From contig NC_092679.1 in assembly GCF_964355755.1 (NCBI RefSeq), positions 2,200,201-2,264,200 of the forward strand: 64,000 nucleotides of DNA, written 5' to 3'. A program made the translations under genes and the position numbers. The number at the start of each line of letters is the position of its first letter. The first letter of the stretch is position 1. The stretch is from Antedon mediterranea (Eukaryota > Animalia > Echinodermata). This document shows, one piece after another, positions 51,101 to 64,000 of this stretch. The notes beneath the pieces were generated by a model, which was not told the DNA's origin, searched no databases, and saw only the letters and a list, made by a program, of their open reading frames with translations.

Positions 51101-54100
51101 CACTATCAAACTTTATGTGACAAAAAAATGTCCATATATGGACATGATGATGTCATATCACTACCATATTTGGGCATATCACTACCATATAAGTTTGATA
51201 GTGTAGACAGAGCTTAAGAGAATTTAACTTGGATCATGCACTCTAAATAGCCTTGCACACAGTAAACTTTTTTAATTAAAAGCTTTACTTTATGTCTTTG
51301 TAATTCAAAATGTACTACGACTTAAGACCATAAGTAGGTACTTACCCTTCTCCTTACTGTACATAACCAGTAAGCACTGATTGGCCGATACACCACAAAC
51401 GCCTCCTGTAGGCAAAGGGACAAGTTGTTTCGCTGGTACTGGGTAGGTTTGTTGCAAACGTATTTCAGGCTCACCAAGGGCTGGTGATCCGACGTATCCA
51501 CCCCATCGAATGTTCTCAACACTACTCACAGGGCTCTATAAGAAGGAATAAAACGTTAAGGATTTATATAAACAGCTGTTGTGTCTAAATCTCTACTTTG
51601 ACTATAATATCTTTTTCACACTGCCTAGAAAAATTCCGGAGTTTACACAGACACACACTGGGGCACACATCATACAAAAGACATGTGATAATGCCCTGGT
51701 GTGGGTAAAGCTGTCTACACTATCAAACTTTATGTGAAAAAAAAAAAATCACACTTTTTTTGTCAAACTAGTTTGATGGTGTAGACAGAACTTTAACTCT
51801 ATAGTTTTGCTAGGCAATGTGAATGGACTACAGGTCTAAATTGTATCAGAAATTACCTGAGTGTTTTCATGGGGAGGAGGTGCTATAATTTTAGCGCCCA
51901 TCCTCCTAGATGCCATATGTGCTAGGCCTGCCAGGCTTGCTGCTTCAGACAGTTTCTCTCGCTCAAAGCGTTGCGGGTGAGGTTGACGGAACAACTGTTT
52001 AGGAGTCTGACCATACGTCTTGATCATTGTTTCCAACGCTCGCCTTTTAAGAGGATCTTCCATCTTTGTTGTATCAATTCCGAAATAAGTCTGAAACAAA
52101 TACAAAATTAGAAAAAATTACTTTACTATGAAGCAACTTAATTTTCTTTAACATTTTATTTATAGTATTTTCCTTTCCATAAACAAACAAAAACAACAAA
52201 CAAAAATCAAAAACAAAGATTAAACTATGAAGCAACTTGAATTTTTACATTTACTGTAGCAAGCTCCAAACTAGTTTGACAAAAAAAGTGTGATGTGCCC
52301 AAATATAGTAGTGATATGCTCAAATATGGTAGTGATATGATACCATCATGTCCATATATGGGCACATCACATAACATTTGATAATGTAGACAGAGCTTTA
52401 CATTACTAGGTGGAAACTAATTAAATTCAATCTGGCTATACGTTGAAACTGAATGATTTTTTTAGATGAAAAATTACTTACGGCCGGATGGAAGACATTG
52501 ATAGCCTCCTTAGCGCTGTCTCCTTTTTGTTTGTAGCCAAACACAAGATCTATCCAACTGTTGATGAATTGTGAGACGTAAGACGACTCTAGAGCTTGGC
52601 GGTGGATGAGAACAAACAGTCGTGGACTACCTTGACACCAAATGGGCAACGTCACATCGTCAACTCGCGCGCCATTCTGTCGGCAACCAAAGTTAAAACC
52701 TGTAAGAAAAAAATATATACATAGTATATGTTGTACATCTGACCAACATCTTCATGTCTCATCTGAAGGTTATGTAGAAAAAATGCTCTTCATTTAAAGA
52801 ACTATTCAATTATTGACAATTCCCAATTATACTGTAAACCACCATACAGAAACCTTTTAATTAAACACCACTCCATTTTAATGACAATCTACACATTCCA
52901 AAAAAAAACTTAACCTACCTTCTTTATTAACAAGAAACTCAGGAAGGAAAAAGAATTCTGGGATAAGTTCTTTGACATCGGAGGCAGACTGAAAGGATGA
53001 AAGGCGCCAAGCTGTCTCAACCGAGTGGAATGTACGATCAGGTATGTCAAAGTGGTTGTCTAAAAATATAACAATAATAACACAGTCAAAGTCATTCACA
53101 AAAACAGTATACAAAAGAATACTATTTTTGAAGCAAGAAATTGTAATTTGTCTGAATAAAGATTACAGTGTTTTGACCTTGTTTGACCTTTAAAATGTAT
53201 AAAGTTTGATTGGATTGGCCAAGATTAATTACCTTGGTATTGTAGAAACATCTTGGTAAATGGCGGTAGCCGTACCAGGTATTGTAGGGTTGTACCACTA
53301 TTTGAATAATGTGAGCCATAGTGGAATGGTCCAATTAGGTTGCCCTCAACTTCATTTCTTTCTTGTTTCAGAAACTCTTCCTTCAGCAACTGAAAATAAC
53401 ATAATACAATAAAGTAATTTAATTAATACTGTGAAATATAAATATAATATCAAAATATTAATAAGAAGGTGTACTGAAAGCAGATCCGCATTACAAAATA
53501 TAAACATAAAATAAACATTTAAAAGGGGGGGGGGGGGGGGGGCATGTTTCCAGAAAAAGTAGCACATTGATCCTTGTCTAAACTATCAAACTTAATGTGA
53601 TATGCCCATATATGGACATGATGATGTCATATCACTATCATATTTAAGTATATCACTACCATATTTGGGCACATCACACTTTGTTTGTCAAACTAGTTTA
53701 ATAGTGTAGAGAGAGCTTTATGAGCTTAAAGAACTACAAAGTTGAGATATTGTACCTTGTATTGTTCAACGAAGCGTGAAGCCATTGCGTTGGTTTGTAC
53801 AGAAATCGGTTTGACCAAATCACGGTATATTTCCTGCGACTCCAAATCAATTACCGTACTCGTGTAGTCACGAAGGATGAACGGAAACACAGGATACTGC
53901 ATCAGATCATTAAACGAACGTCCAGCGGTCTTATTAAGTTGAGTAAGGTATTCGTAGTTGGTGATTTGACCATTGCGCCATATTTGGGTCACTAGTGATA
54001 TGTCGTTGACCTCAATAAGGTTTGGTAAATCTTTAGCCATCATCTTCTGAATAACAATGTCTCTTTCCTACAATAAGTGAGATAATACAAAGTTAACATG

Positions 54101-57100
54101 GATGCCTCCCAAAGCTGTCTACACTAAACTAGTTTGACAAAATAAGTGTGATGTGTCCAAATATGGTAGTGATATGACATCATCATGTCCATATATGGGC
54201 ACATCACATTTTTTTTGTCACATAAAGTTTGATAGTGTAGACAGAGCTTTAGATTAAAACATTGTAATATAAACAATTAATTGCATATGCTATATTCACA
54301 TGTATCTATTGCATGAAATTTCAACATGTTTGTATTATACAGTATACCACATTGAAATACCTAATACCTACCTTTTGGTTTTCAAAAGAGAGAAGAAACG
54401 TTTTGCCATTTATGAGAAACACCTCGACAGCATTATCACGTAACTGGTTCCAACGAGGTAGGATCTCTTTGATGTCTTCATACAGCCATGACAGGGTCAT
54501 TACTTCACGATCTCCTAGAACAACTTGTGTTACATTGGTGTCCATGATTGGTTCATCTCCAACAAAGTACATGGTATTTAGACCTTTAGACCAATCAAAA
54601 TAAAGGACACAAAATAAGTTAAATATTCTAGATTGCCTTACATATTATGAGTGATTATAATAAACAAAATTTCTACTTATTTCCAGTATCTATAAACTAA
54701 AGACAATTTAGACTAATATATTGAATAAAATGATAAGAATACACACCAAGCAAGATTTCTCCTTGTGTTTCAGCTGCTGGTGTGACATTTAAACAAGGAC
54801 AAGTGTGTCTGAATAAACAAACAATAAGTACATTGAATTAAGACACTATTCTGTAAAAAGGCAAGTACAGTACACATAAAATATAATAGAATAGAAGGGA
54901 AATAAGAACAAAAAATGTACCTAATCTGTTCATTTTCTTGGAGTTTTCTTTTCAGTTCATCAGCATCAGAAGGATTGATGACATCCTGAAAGAGGTATTC
55001 CAGCGGAGATCCAGGAACCGTGTTGGACTTCTTTCGGGAACCTTCCAAGATGAACTCATCGCTGATTCCAAGATGACATCGCTGCAGACGACAACGAACA
55101 CGACCTGGACCCTCGGTGGGGTCAAGTTGCCAAGAAGTGGGATAACAATCTGGAGTGTACCAAACAGCTCTGAAAAAAAAAACAACACACTTTATTGTTT
55201 AGTCACAAATAGTGCCCATATATGGACATAATGATGTTATACCACTACCATATTTGGGCATATCACTACCATATTTGGGCATATCACTACCATATTTGGG
55301 CATATCACTACCATATTTGGGCATATCACTACCATATTTGAGCACATCATACTTTTTATGCCAAACTAGTTTGAAAGTGTAGATACAGCTTCAGGCTATG
55401 TGTCACATATTATGAAAGACCAATTTTTTTTTAAATTTACGCTTTAATGACCACAGGGCATAATTTTATTATCAAATGTCAATTAATATTATTGTAAAAC
55501 TGACCTCTCATGGGCAAGTTGTTGAATAATGTCCTGCCAACCTGTCCTTGCATCCAGGGTCCGAGTTATCATGTGACGTAGATGATCATAGAGCCTTTTC
55601 CGTAGTGTATGTTGATAAGAGGAAATTCTCTGCAAAGAAATATTTTGAAGAATATAGTAATATATATATATTTTTCCATTAACGAAATATAGTGCATTAT
55701 CATACATAGTTTATGGTCTCACTACCTGTGTAACATCCATTGCTGAATTGTACACTTCTTTCAGTATACTCTCTTGTTTCGGGATCTTTCTTGATCTTAA
55801 CGCCGATAATTTTGACCTGAAGTATTTATGTTTAATAATTCGAATCTCACTTTTCGCAAACATCATTCTCTGTAAATAAATACAATCAGTAGTTTGATTA
55901 TAAAATATCTAAAACCAACACCTAAAGCATACATACAGAATATATAACACAGATTACGTAAAACAGAACATTTAGTGTATAACGGCTCATTCTTCTTACC
56001 TTATGGACTTCATCCAATACACGCTTGTCTTCTGTTTCTGGAGGGATATGTTCGAATCCTAAGGCAGCCATCATCTTTTGTATGGTAAGTGCAAGCTGTA
56101 ATTCTTGCGGATTTAAAAATGAGCTGTACTTACTTAGGAGATCATATAAGAAGAGATGGGTGAAGTTATTGTGCTGAAAAGAGAAATTTGGAATAAAAAT
56201 AATAATCATATTTATTTGTCAAATCTTGCCAGGAGCAAGCAATAGGCACGTTGAACAGATTTTACCTCTTGCTTCAATATTGAGACATTTACCACAGTAA
56301 ATATGACTTTAAAGACTACAGATAAACTACTACAGAATTCCAATCTAAACAAGATCATTACATCCAATAATATAGTTAAACATTGTGTACTCTATTTCTA
56401 ACAAAAAATGTCAATATTCTATCAACTAAAGCTGAAGTATAGTTGTTATCTCGGGACCATTCTATTGTCACCACCAGATAGACTCTCTTCATCAAGGCTT
56501 CTATGTATAGATGAATGTTTGTGAGCAGGAACGCTAGTAGACCAAACCCAGTACCGTTTTGATTTCACAATCATTCGGGAAATTACCTCACGATGAAATC
56601 TTACCTCATGTTGCAGGACATATTCTAAGAAATCCTTGGCTCGTTTCTTTGTCGCAATTTGTAAGCTGAGCACTCTTGCGTGAAGTGGTTGCTGTGGCGA
56701 CAACAAGTGAATAAACAAACGGCTGAGCTGTAATCGTATCGTGTCTCGTGATGACCACAAAACGCTCTCCCATTGCGATCGTTTTCCTCGTTTTTGCTCC
56801 TACAAAGTTTGATAGATAGTAAAAAGATTACAAACATAAACTGTGCAGTGGACAATGCAGGACTTTTTGTCTATACTATCAAACTAGTTTGACAAAAATA
56901 GTGTGATGTGCCTAAATATGGTAGTGATATGCCCAAATATGGTAGTGATATGACAACATCATGTCCATATATGGGCACATCACATGTTTTTGTCACATAA
57001 AGTTTGATAGTGTAGACAGAGCCTAACGATTAGCATACTTACCATAGTGGATATAAGGCTGTTGACGAGTAAGGAATACAAATCACTAAGTAACAGATCT

Positions 57101-60100
57101 TGGAAGGTATCAAGCTGGTTCTTAGTTGAAGACCACATCAAAGCATCTGGAGACTTTGGCAGAATTAACTTCGGTTCTAGAAATTCAGAGGAATTATAGT
57201 AAAATTCTTCATTTGTGTATTATATTCAATATTAAATAATAAATATGAGATAATGATTGTGATTTCATGAAAACATCTTATTTTCTCTCTTTCATTATGC
57301 TCTGTATGTGCCCATATATGGACATAATGTCATATCAGTACTATATTTGGGCATATCACTACCATATTTGGGCACATCACACTTTTTGACTAGCTTGATA
57401 GACAGAGCTTTAAATAGGCGTTCTTTTTACCTGTCATGATTAAAAGATTAACACCAATTTTACAAAGTTGTTGAAATCTTTTCACAATATCTTGTTCAGA
57501 TGCGACTTGTTGGCCAATATGCTTCTTGTGACCTTTGGCCTCTTCATTGCGTTGCAGTCTTAACATTGTATCAAGGTAGACAGAGTATCTTTGATCTGTC
57601 GAAAAAAAGAAACAAATTGTACTAAAGTTTGCATATAATGGTACACAATGAGAAATATGTGTGGAACTAGCCTTAAAGCCCCTGGGCTTATTTAAGTTTT
57701 TCCAGCATAAGTGCATTGTACTTTTTAAAATTAATTCTCATTTTTATTATTACATAATTATCTATCTTATAAAAATCACACTGAATTGAAGTATAATCAT
57801 TCCTAGAAACCGAGCCTCGTGATTGGTTATTCTACTAGTTTTTATTTACGCTGCAAGTACATTTACAGATGTAACCCTGCCTCACAAATTAAAATAAATA
57901 ATAATTTAATTCAGTATACACTATTATATGTAGTAACAAAAATAATTTTCTGTATAAATAAAATTCCTGTACCTTCACTTAAAGGTAGGGCTGCCTTAGT
58001 CTTGCCTCCAATTTGTGACTGAGGTTCTAGCAGAGTTTCTTTAGACGAACCGATCATTTGGGATTGAGACCTTACTCGAGATGGGCTATGTGTAACATGG
58101 CCTCTGGTAAAGTCTGCTACAAAAGATAAAAGTTCAATATGTTTAAAAAAGCTGAGGAATAATTTTAAGTCTTGCTACGGAAGTATGGTGATGATTGATT
58201 CATTACAAAAAAGAAATAAAAAACAATGAATACTGATATATTAGAATGAATGAAAATAATGATAGACCTGGTCGTCCATTATTGACAGGCGCCCTCTGGC
58301 GGAATTTTGATTCCTCATATTTTCGTTCTGAAATAATTAACACACATGAATGAAGCATGAATTAGTAGATGAAAAATGAATGAAGATAAAATGGTCGTCA
58401 TATTGGAACATCATATGGCTATAATATTGCTTGTCATGGTCACAGCATGAACATCACATGGCTTGGCATGGTAGAGCATGACCATATATGAATATCATGT
58501 GACTTCTCCGATTAGAATGTGATTATTATAAGATAAATATAAAAGTTAAAGATGTATTGTCCCTTTAACCAATTCCAAAAAAAGATTTCAACAAAAAGTG
58601 GATCATTTTGAAGCATCATAATAGTTATTAGTACATCACAGCCACTGATCATAACTGGGCCCTCTGGGAGACCAGTCTTTGACTGAAGAGGTCGCCCAGT
58701 ATAAATATTAAAAAAAAAAAAAATTTCAAAATATTAAATTTCATCAAAAATTAGTCGAAAAAAAAATAATTTAACTAAAATACAGACATTTTTTTGTTAA
58801 AAAAATTACTTTGACTTCTAGTCAAAGTTTTCGATCAAAACATATCTCATAATGCAACGCACTTGTTTGGCTACTCTGTATGCATAATCATAAAACTTCT
58901 CAACCGTGACGAGTTGTAAACAATCCTAATTAGCATCATGCATAATGCATACTCGTGGTTTGAAATCTTTGTTTACTTTCACTCGCAACGATTTTCCAGA
59001 CGAAATGTAATCAAATTAATTTACCTGTTAACAGTGGCGTATCCAGGATTTTGAAGTTGGGGGGGGGGGGGGGGCCGGGAATTGCCAATTTGCCGACAAA
59101 ATTGGTGTCATTATCTGTACATACACGACGTCTATGATCAATATATGTTCTAGGATTACATAGTCATATTGTCTTATATGGGATAATGATGCAAAATTAA
59201 AACCAAACCAACATTATCTGTTAGTATGTTGTATTCATATTACAATAAAGAAAGAATTAGGAAAATCTGATTTGTAGTTTTCGAAATATAGGGTCTAAAA
59301 CATCGCCGAAAATGATCGTTTTTAGCCACGAAAGAAGTAAAACAATTTGCAGCCGCAGTCGACAATTCTATTAACTACGCCATTTTTGGTTAAAATAATT
59401 ACATATAATTACGTTTTTTAGTAATTTATTTTATATATCACCATTGGAAATATCAATAAAACATGTTATTAAATGCTTATAAAATATATAAAGTTGTTTA
59501 CTTAACGGAATTCGGACAAATTCATTGCTCTAACTTTGTGTAACGATCAGAGAGATTCATGGTACACGCGCGAGAGAAAACATTCCGCTGCGGGTGATTC
59601 GCATCCACCAATCAAATCAGCTAGAATCCTAAATCATTCAACCGTGAGCAATGCCAATCGCGAGAAAGCTCAGCTTTGATTGGCTTACGATGACATCATA
59701 TCACACAATGGTGGTTTTGTAGTTGAGCCTCACGGAATATTCTGTTCCAAAAATGAAATACATGGATATTTTTTATGGTATATGTGCTTTTTATTTAAAA
59801 ATTTTGAATAATAAAGGCCTCATATCGAGAAAAAAAAACGGGTTTTTGGCACTTATAATAAATATATCTTAGACAAAAAAGCACATGGCATGTGGAACTA
59901 TATAATCTCTTAGCGTAGGAAGACATAAAAATCCCAGGTCATGAGAGGCTCAACTGCATGCAAAAACAAGGTTTTAGGGTAAGGTCAAAGACTTGAGTAA
60001 ACAATCTACCGCGTACGGCCGTACGTACGTGCTACACATTTTTTACGTGTTTCGTTAGATGTAATGAAAATAAAAAATAGTTGATCTGAAGGGATCAATG

Positions 60101-63100
60101 ATGATATGATATGTAAATAAACAAACACTCAAAAGAATTATGTTTACAGTGCAATTATTGTCAGAATAAATAGTTTATTTTTTTCCCCGGCACCTTTGTT
60201 TGCCGACGGCCGCAAAATCAGGGGGGGGGGCCCGGGCCCCCGGCCCCCCTACTGGATACGCCACTGCCTGTTAATTACGTAAACTTGTTGTTTTTGGCTC
60301 AAATTTTCGACATAAAGTGAATAACTTTAATATTACTTTGATATGGCCCATTTAAATTTAGAATATTTTGACTTTCATTTTTTGGGTTTCAAGGGACAAT
60401 ACAACAAAATGAGAAAATGTTGAAAACTATTATTGATATTGTTAAATAATAAATAAATGATTTCTGTTATTTGAACTTTAATAAATTGCAAACCTGAATA
60501 ACTGATACTCCTAATAAAAGACGACTTCCACACACGTGATACAGCTGATTCCTGTTGACAGGACGTAGCCTGCATGTGACTGAAAACCTCACGTACGATG
60601 TAACACTGCGTTTCATGGAACACCTCTACCGGAAAGCTGTGTTCACCTGCGAAATGGAATCAGAATCAGAAACAGTCGATATATGGCAATATAGAAAAAT
60701 ATGTTTAAATGTGGTCACCTAAAATGTGATATAGAATCATTTATTCTTGTTGTAGTTAGAACCTACAATAGTACCATAAAGCTCTGTCTACATTATCAAA
60801 CTTTATGTGACAAAAAATGTGATGTGCCCAAATATGGACATGATGATGTCATATCACTACCATATTTAGTCATATCAGTACCATATTTAAGCGTATCACT
60901 ACCATATTTGGGCACATCACAGTTTGAAACTTACCATAAGTTGTGTTGTGCTCATGCTCTACACCGCTGAGTAATGTCATCACATCGTCAAAATAGTCCA
61001 TGTTCTGTTGAATACTCAGGCTATATAAATATAAAACGTTAATTTTATAAATGTTCTGTGACTTTCATATTTGCCTAGGCAGAGGTTTGGGCTCTTTGGA
61101 GTGCCCTTCTAGTTTATATCATACTTTTTTTGTCTTACCTGCATGCTCGTATTACAATGCAGGTTAGAAAATGCTGGATGTCAGAAATCAAAAGCTTTAA
61201 GTCTTCACTGCAAACACCTAGCGACAATGGCTTAGTAGACAGTGCCGTCAATACATTACACAACGTTTCATTAATTCCATTTTCCAACATAACAACAGCC
61301 AGAGTGTTCACTCCTTCAAACAACTATTTTAAAAATAAATTGTAATACAATCAAATTCACTTTATTTTAATTTATATTCAGGTGGAGGGAGGGGGAGATT
61401 TGTCTAACAAATAGATGGAGGAGATAACAACAAAGCAAAGTTTCTAAAAGATGTTGCGTCAGCTTTACCAAAAAAAAGAGGAAGGCGGAAGAGACCCAAC
61501 ACAACAAACCGAAAAAAAAAACAAGCAAATGAATATGAAACTATGAAAATGTGAATTGGTGCGAGTAAGTGACCAATCGGTTAAGACAGTGGAACCGTAA
61601 GTACGTAGCCATAACATCGGCAAGGGTTCGAGGCTCACACGCTCCATGGTTCTGGTGGTAGAACAAGTCTTCTCGTCTAAGGACTATAAACCATAGGTCC
61701 AGTGTACACATCCAGTTCATGTGCACTTTAAAGACCCTAGTACATCTTTCGAGATGAGTAGAGGGTTACCCCGGTGTGCTAGTACACACTGGGAGTCCAG
61801 TCTTTGACTGAAGAGGTTATCCGTATAAATAAATACCAAATTCTAACAGTATTGTTTTTAAGCCGATTCATCTTTGCCACGATGTTTTAAGTTCTATTAT
61901 TATTATTATATTTAGCTTACATGTAAGAACATGCACACTGCATTGTGACAGAGAGGTGGATCATGAACGCAGTTTTCCAGAAGAGCAATAGCTGGGATGA
62001 GGGACATCTGATGGAAGTTGTCAATGTCTTGCAAGTCCATTGGGTTGTAACTGAAAGACATTTAAATTGAAATAATAAGAAAACAAAATTAACCAAAGAT
62101 CAAGCAACATAGTGGAGCTGTAGCTTGGTGGTTTACATGCTTGCCTTCTAATCCAAAGGTCCGGGGTTCAATCCTGACCTAGTGCAGGGTTGTAACTCAT
62201 GCCTTTTTCAACTCCCCTCCCTAAGCCTCAAATGAGGATTGGCGAGATACTCGTTGCTGAATGCTGAATTTCTTATTATTAAGAAATAAAGGAGAAAAAC
62301 ACAGAAGACATTTATTTAATCGCTTTTAAGAATACAACATACCTTTGACTTAAATCCACTGGTTTACCAAAAGTGATTGTTAGACAAGCTTCAAATAATT
62401 CCCGAGTCGCTGGGTATTGATGAAGCTGATTGGCTAAAAGGTTAAATCCTCGCATTTTTAGAAACGCCTCAAGTTGTCCTTCGTCAGCTCGGAGGAAGAA
62501 CACCTCCAAAAGCTGAGTAAAATAACAGAAATATATTTAAGGTAACTGGCCAATCAACATACTGGAAAGGATAAACATATTTACCAAGTATTTGGACTTT
62601 TGAAAAAAACGAAAAGGTGGGTAATTAGTAAATGGATTGATGAAAGATAAAGTATAAACTTTGAGTGAATGAATGAGTGAGGAGAGACTGTACCTTAACA
62701 ATGTTAACTCTGACATCATTATGGGCATGGTGAGCAAGAACCAGGAGTAAGTCTGGTTTGATAATTATCCCGATGATCTTCTGACGGCTGGCATCGGGCA
62801 TTGATATGATTGCACCAAAGAGAAGCTTCAAAAGACCAGAACAAAGCAGCGCCAATTGGAGCTCTTTCATACAGCTGGCATCGAGGGTGTCAAAGCTGGA
62901 GTTGTCACGATTCACCAGATTGCTGGAGTCATCAAGATCTACTGAAGAGGTGACAGAGTTAGTATCTGGAGTTGCAATGACAAGGAATTCATCAAGAACA
63001 AAATCTAAAAATTAAGAAAGAACACAGGAAAGCTAAAAGCTTTTTCTTTAAACTTTTCATTTAAGATGACACAATGGATTACTAAGAAACTAAACTTCAA

Positions 63101-64000
63101 TAAAATCACTCCAAATTTACCTTGTGGAGTCTTTATATCAGATGATGAAACCAGTGTATCTCCATCAACCTTTGATTGCGTTTCCTCAACTCCATTTTCC
63201 ACTGCATCCAGGCCAGTATCTTCCTTCTCTTTGACATCTACTGGAGGTGTTCCTGGCACATCTGAATTCGACTCCTGGCGAGCCCAACTACTACTATCAG
63301 TTTCTGAGACACTTTCAGAGTGCATTAAGGAAGACTTTCTTGGAGTACTGGTCAACAGTGAATTGGAGTTGTCACTGTACAGTTGGTAATGAGGATTAGT
63401 CTGTTGGAAGATTGTCTTTGAATCCTGTTGAAAACCTACAATTAAGAGAGTAAGATTTATTTTTGGGAAACCACCTGTGCCACAAAAAAAAAAAACCACA
63501 CAAGCTACTAAAGTGGAGCAGTAGCTTTCAACAATTAAGTTTGCTCCTAAAGAGAAGATGACTACATTTATACATTTTTTCAAAACTGTACCTGTGTGTA
63601 GCGTGAAATAGAAGCTAGCTTTCGCATGACAGATGAATGTTTGTATTGCTGGATGAACCGCTAAAAGGAAGTCGCAGACTTCGGCGATGAGGTGCGTCTC
63701 TGGTGGGCTTCCCATGATGGCCTTGATAATGTTGACAATGGAGAAACACACAGCACCCGGAAACACAGTTACTGATTCATTATTTTGCTCCTGTAAGACA
63801 CGCAAATGGCTATAGATATTTAATACCATTTACACTATAGTACATCCAACTGTATGCTATCTGAGTCTTTATGTACACAATAGTGAATGTTCTTTATTGC
63901 ACAAACTCACAATCAACATCATTAACCTACAGATTAGAATTATGCTTTTGAAAACTTACCCTAATAATCATTAAAAGCTTATCCACTATATTCAAGCTTT
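48110..64000 (-). CDS. LYST: Lysosomal trafficking regulator (BEACH protein), 3' portion, ~30 exons; 5' part outside the window
   Basis: PH domain ([19 protein letters not shown]), BEACH domain ([66 protein letters not shown]) and WD40 repeats ([26 protein letters not shown]). LYST-like C-terminus [22 protein letters not shown]. Confidence 0.93.
48445..48777 (+). mobile_element. tRNA-derived SINE with a Deu/Nin-like core
   Basis: A box TGGCCGAGCGG, B box GGTTCGAGGC, core TAAAGAACC...TTTCGAGACGAGTAGGGGGTTACCCCGGTG, and a (TCAA)n tail. Confidence 0.85.
58550..60402. mobile_element. Family C-type element carrying a nested SINE fragment and an hAT-like MITE
   Basis: TTAA|AGATGTATTGTCCCTT left end and AAGGGACAATAC right end; SINE 3' part at ~58628-58705. 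Confidence 0.6.
59032..60266. mobile_element. Non-autonomous hAT-like element
   Basis: 15-bp TIR CAGTGGCGTATCCAG/CTGGATACGCCACTG, perfect 8-bp TSD CCTGTTAA (59024-59031 and 60267-60274), subterminal G-runs. Confidence 0.9.
61558..61832 (+). mobile_element. Second copy of the Deu/Nin-like SINE
   Basis: Colinear with 48445-48740 apart from an internal deletion. Confidence 0.85.
62113..62270 (+). mobile_element. Second tRNA-derived SINE family
   Basis: ctgtagcttggtggtttacatgcttgcc...ggttcaatcc (A/B boxes). Related head at 11760-11820 and weaker ones at ~7950 and ~8140. No intact cloverleaf. Confidence 0.55.

Noticed and set aside
53525-53542. Poly-G tracts (also 31901, 59059 and the C-run at 40098) as regulatory G-quadruplexes
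   Set aside because: Simple homopolymers, partly inside MITEs, with no supporting context.
63005-63829. 274-aa ORF as a single exon or separate gene
   Set aside because: It spans two LYST exons joined by an intron that happens to be open. Donors are visible at ~63590 and ~63120.

Overview
AT-rich, intron-rich animal genomic DNA. An invertebrate deuterostome such as an echinoderm is my inference from protein similarity and a Deu/Nin-type SINE. Gene order: PSME4/PA200 (minus, ~39 exons, complete), head-to-head with an acylphosphatase (plus), tail-to-tail with an intron-containing PhnZ-like HD-domain phosphonate dioxygenase (minus). Then come an orphan acidic repeat ORF (plus), STIP1/Hop (minus, with a perfect heat-shock element), a secreted F-type-lectin-like + C-type lectin + PAN gene with a pseudogenised tandem paralog (plus), and the 3' part of LYST (minus, running off the right edge). 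Introns are densely populated by at least four MITE/foldback families, SINEs and LINE remnants. The most notable observations are four: (1) an animal PhnZ-type C-P bond-cleaving enzyme with the full active-site motif set; (2) a 9 x 117-bp in-frame tandem array of a PSME4 exon end plus its splice donor; (3) a second PSME4 array copying the C-terminal HbYX codons and stop; (4) the PSME4-ACYP divergent pair also seen in human. Exon boundaries were read by eye and may be off by a few bases.
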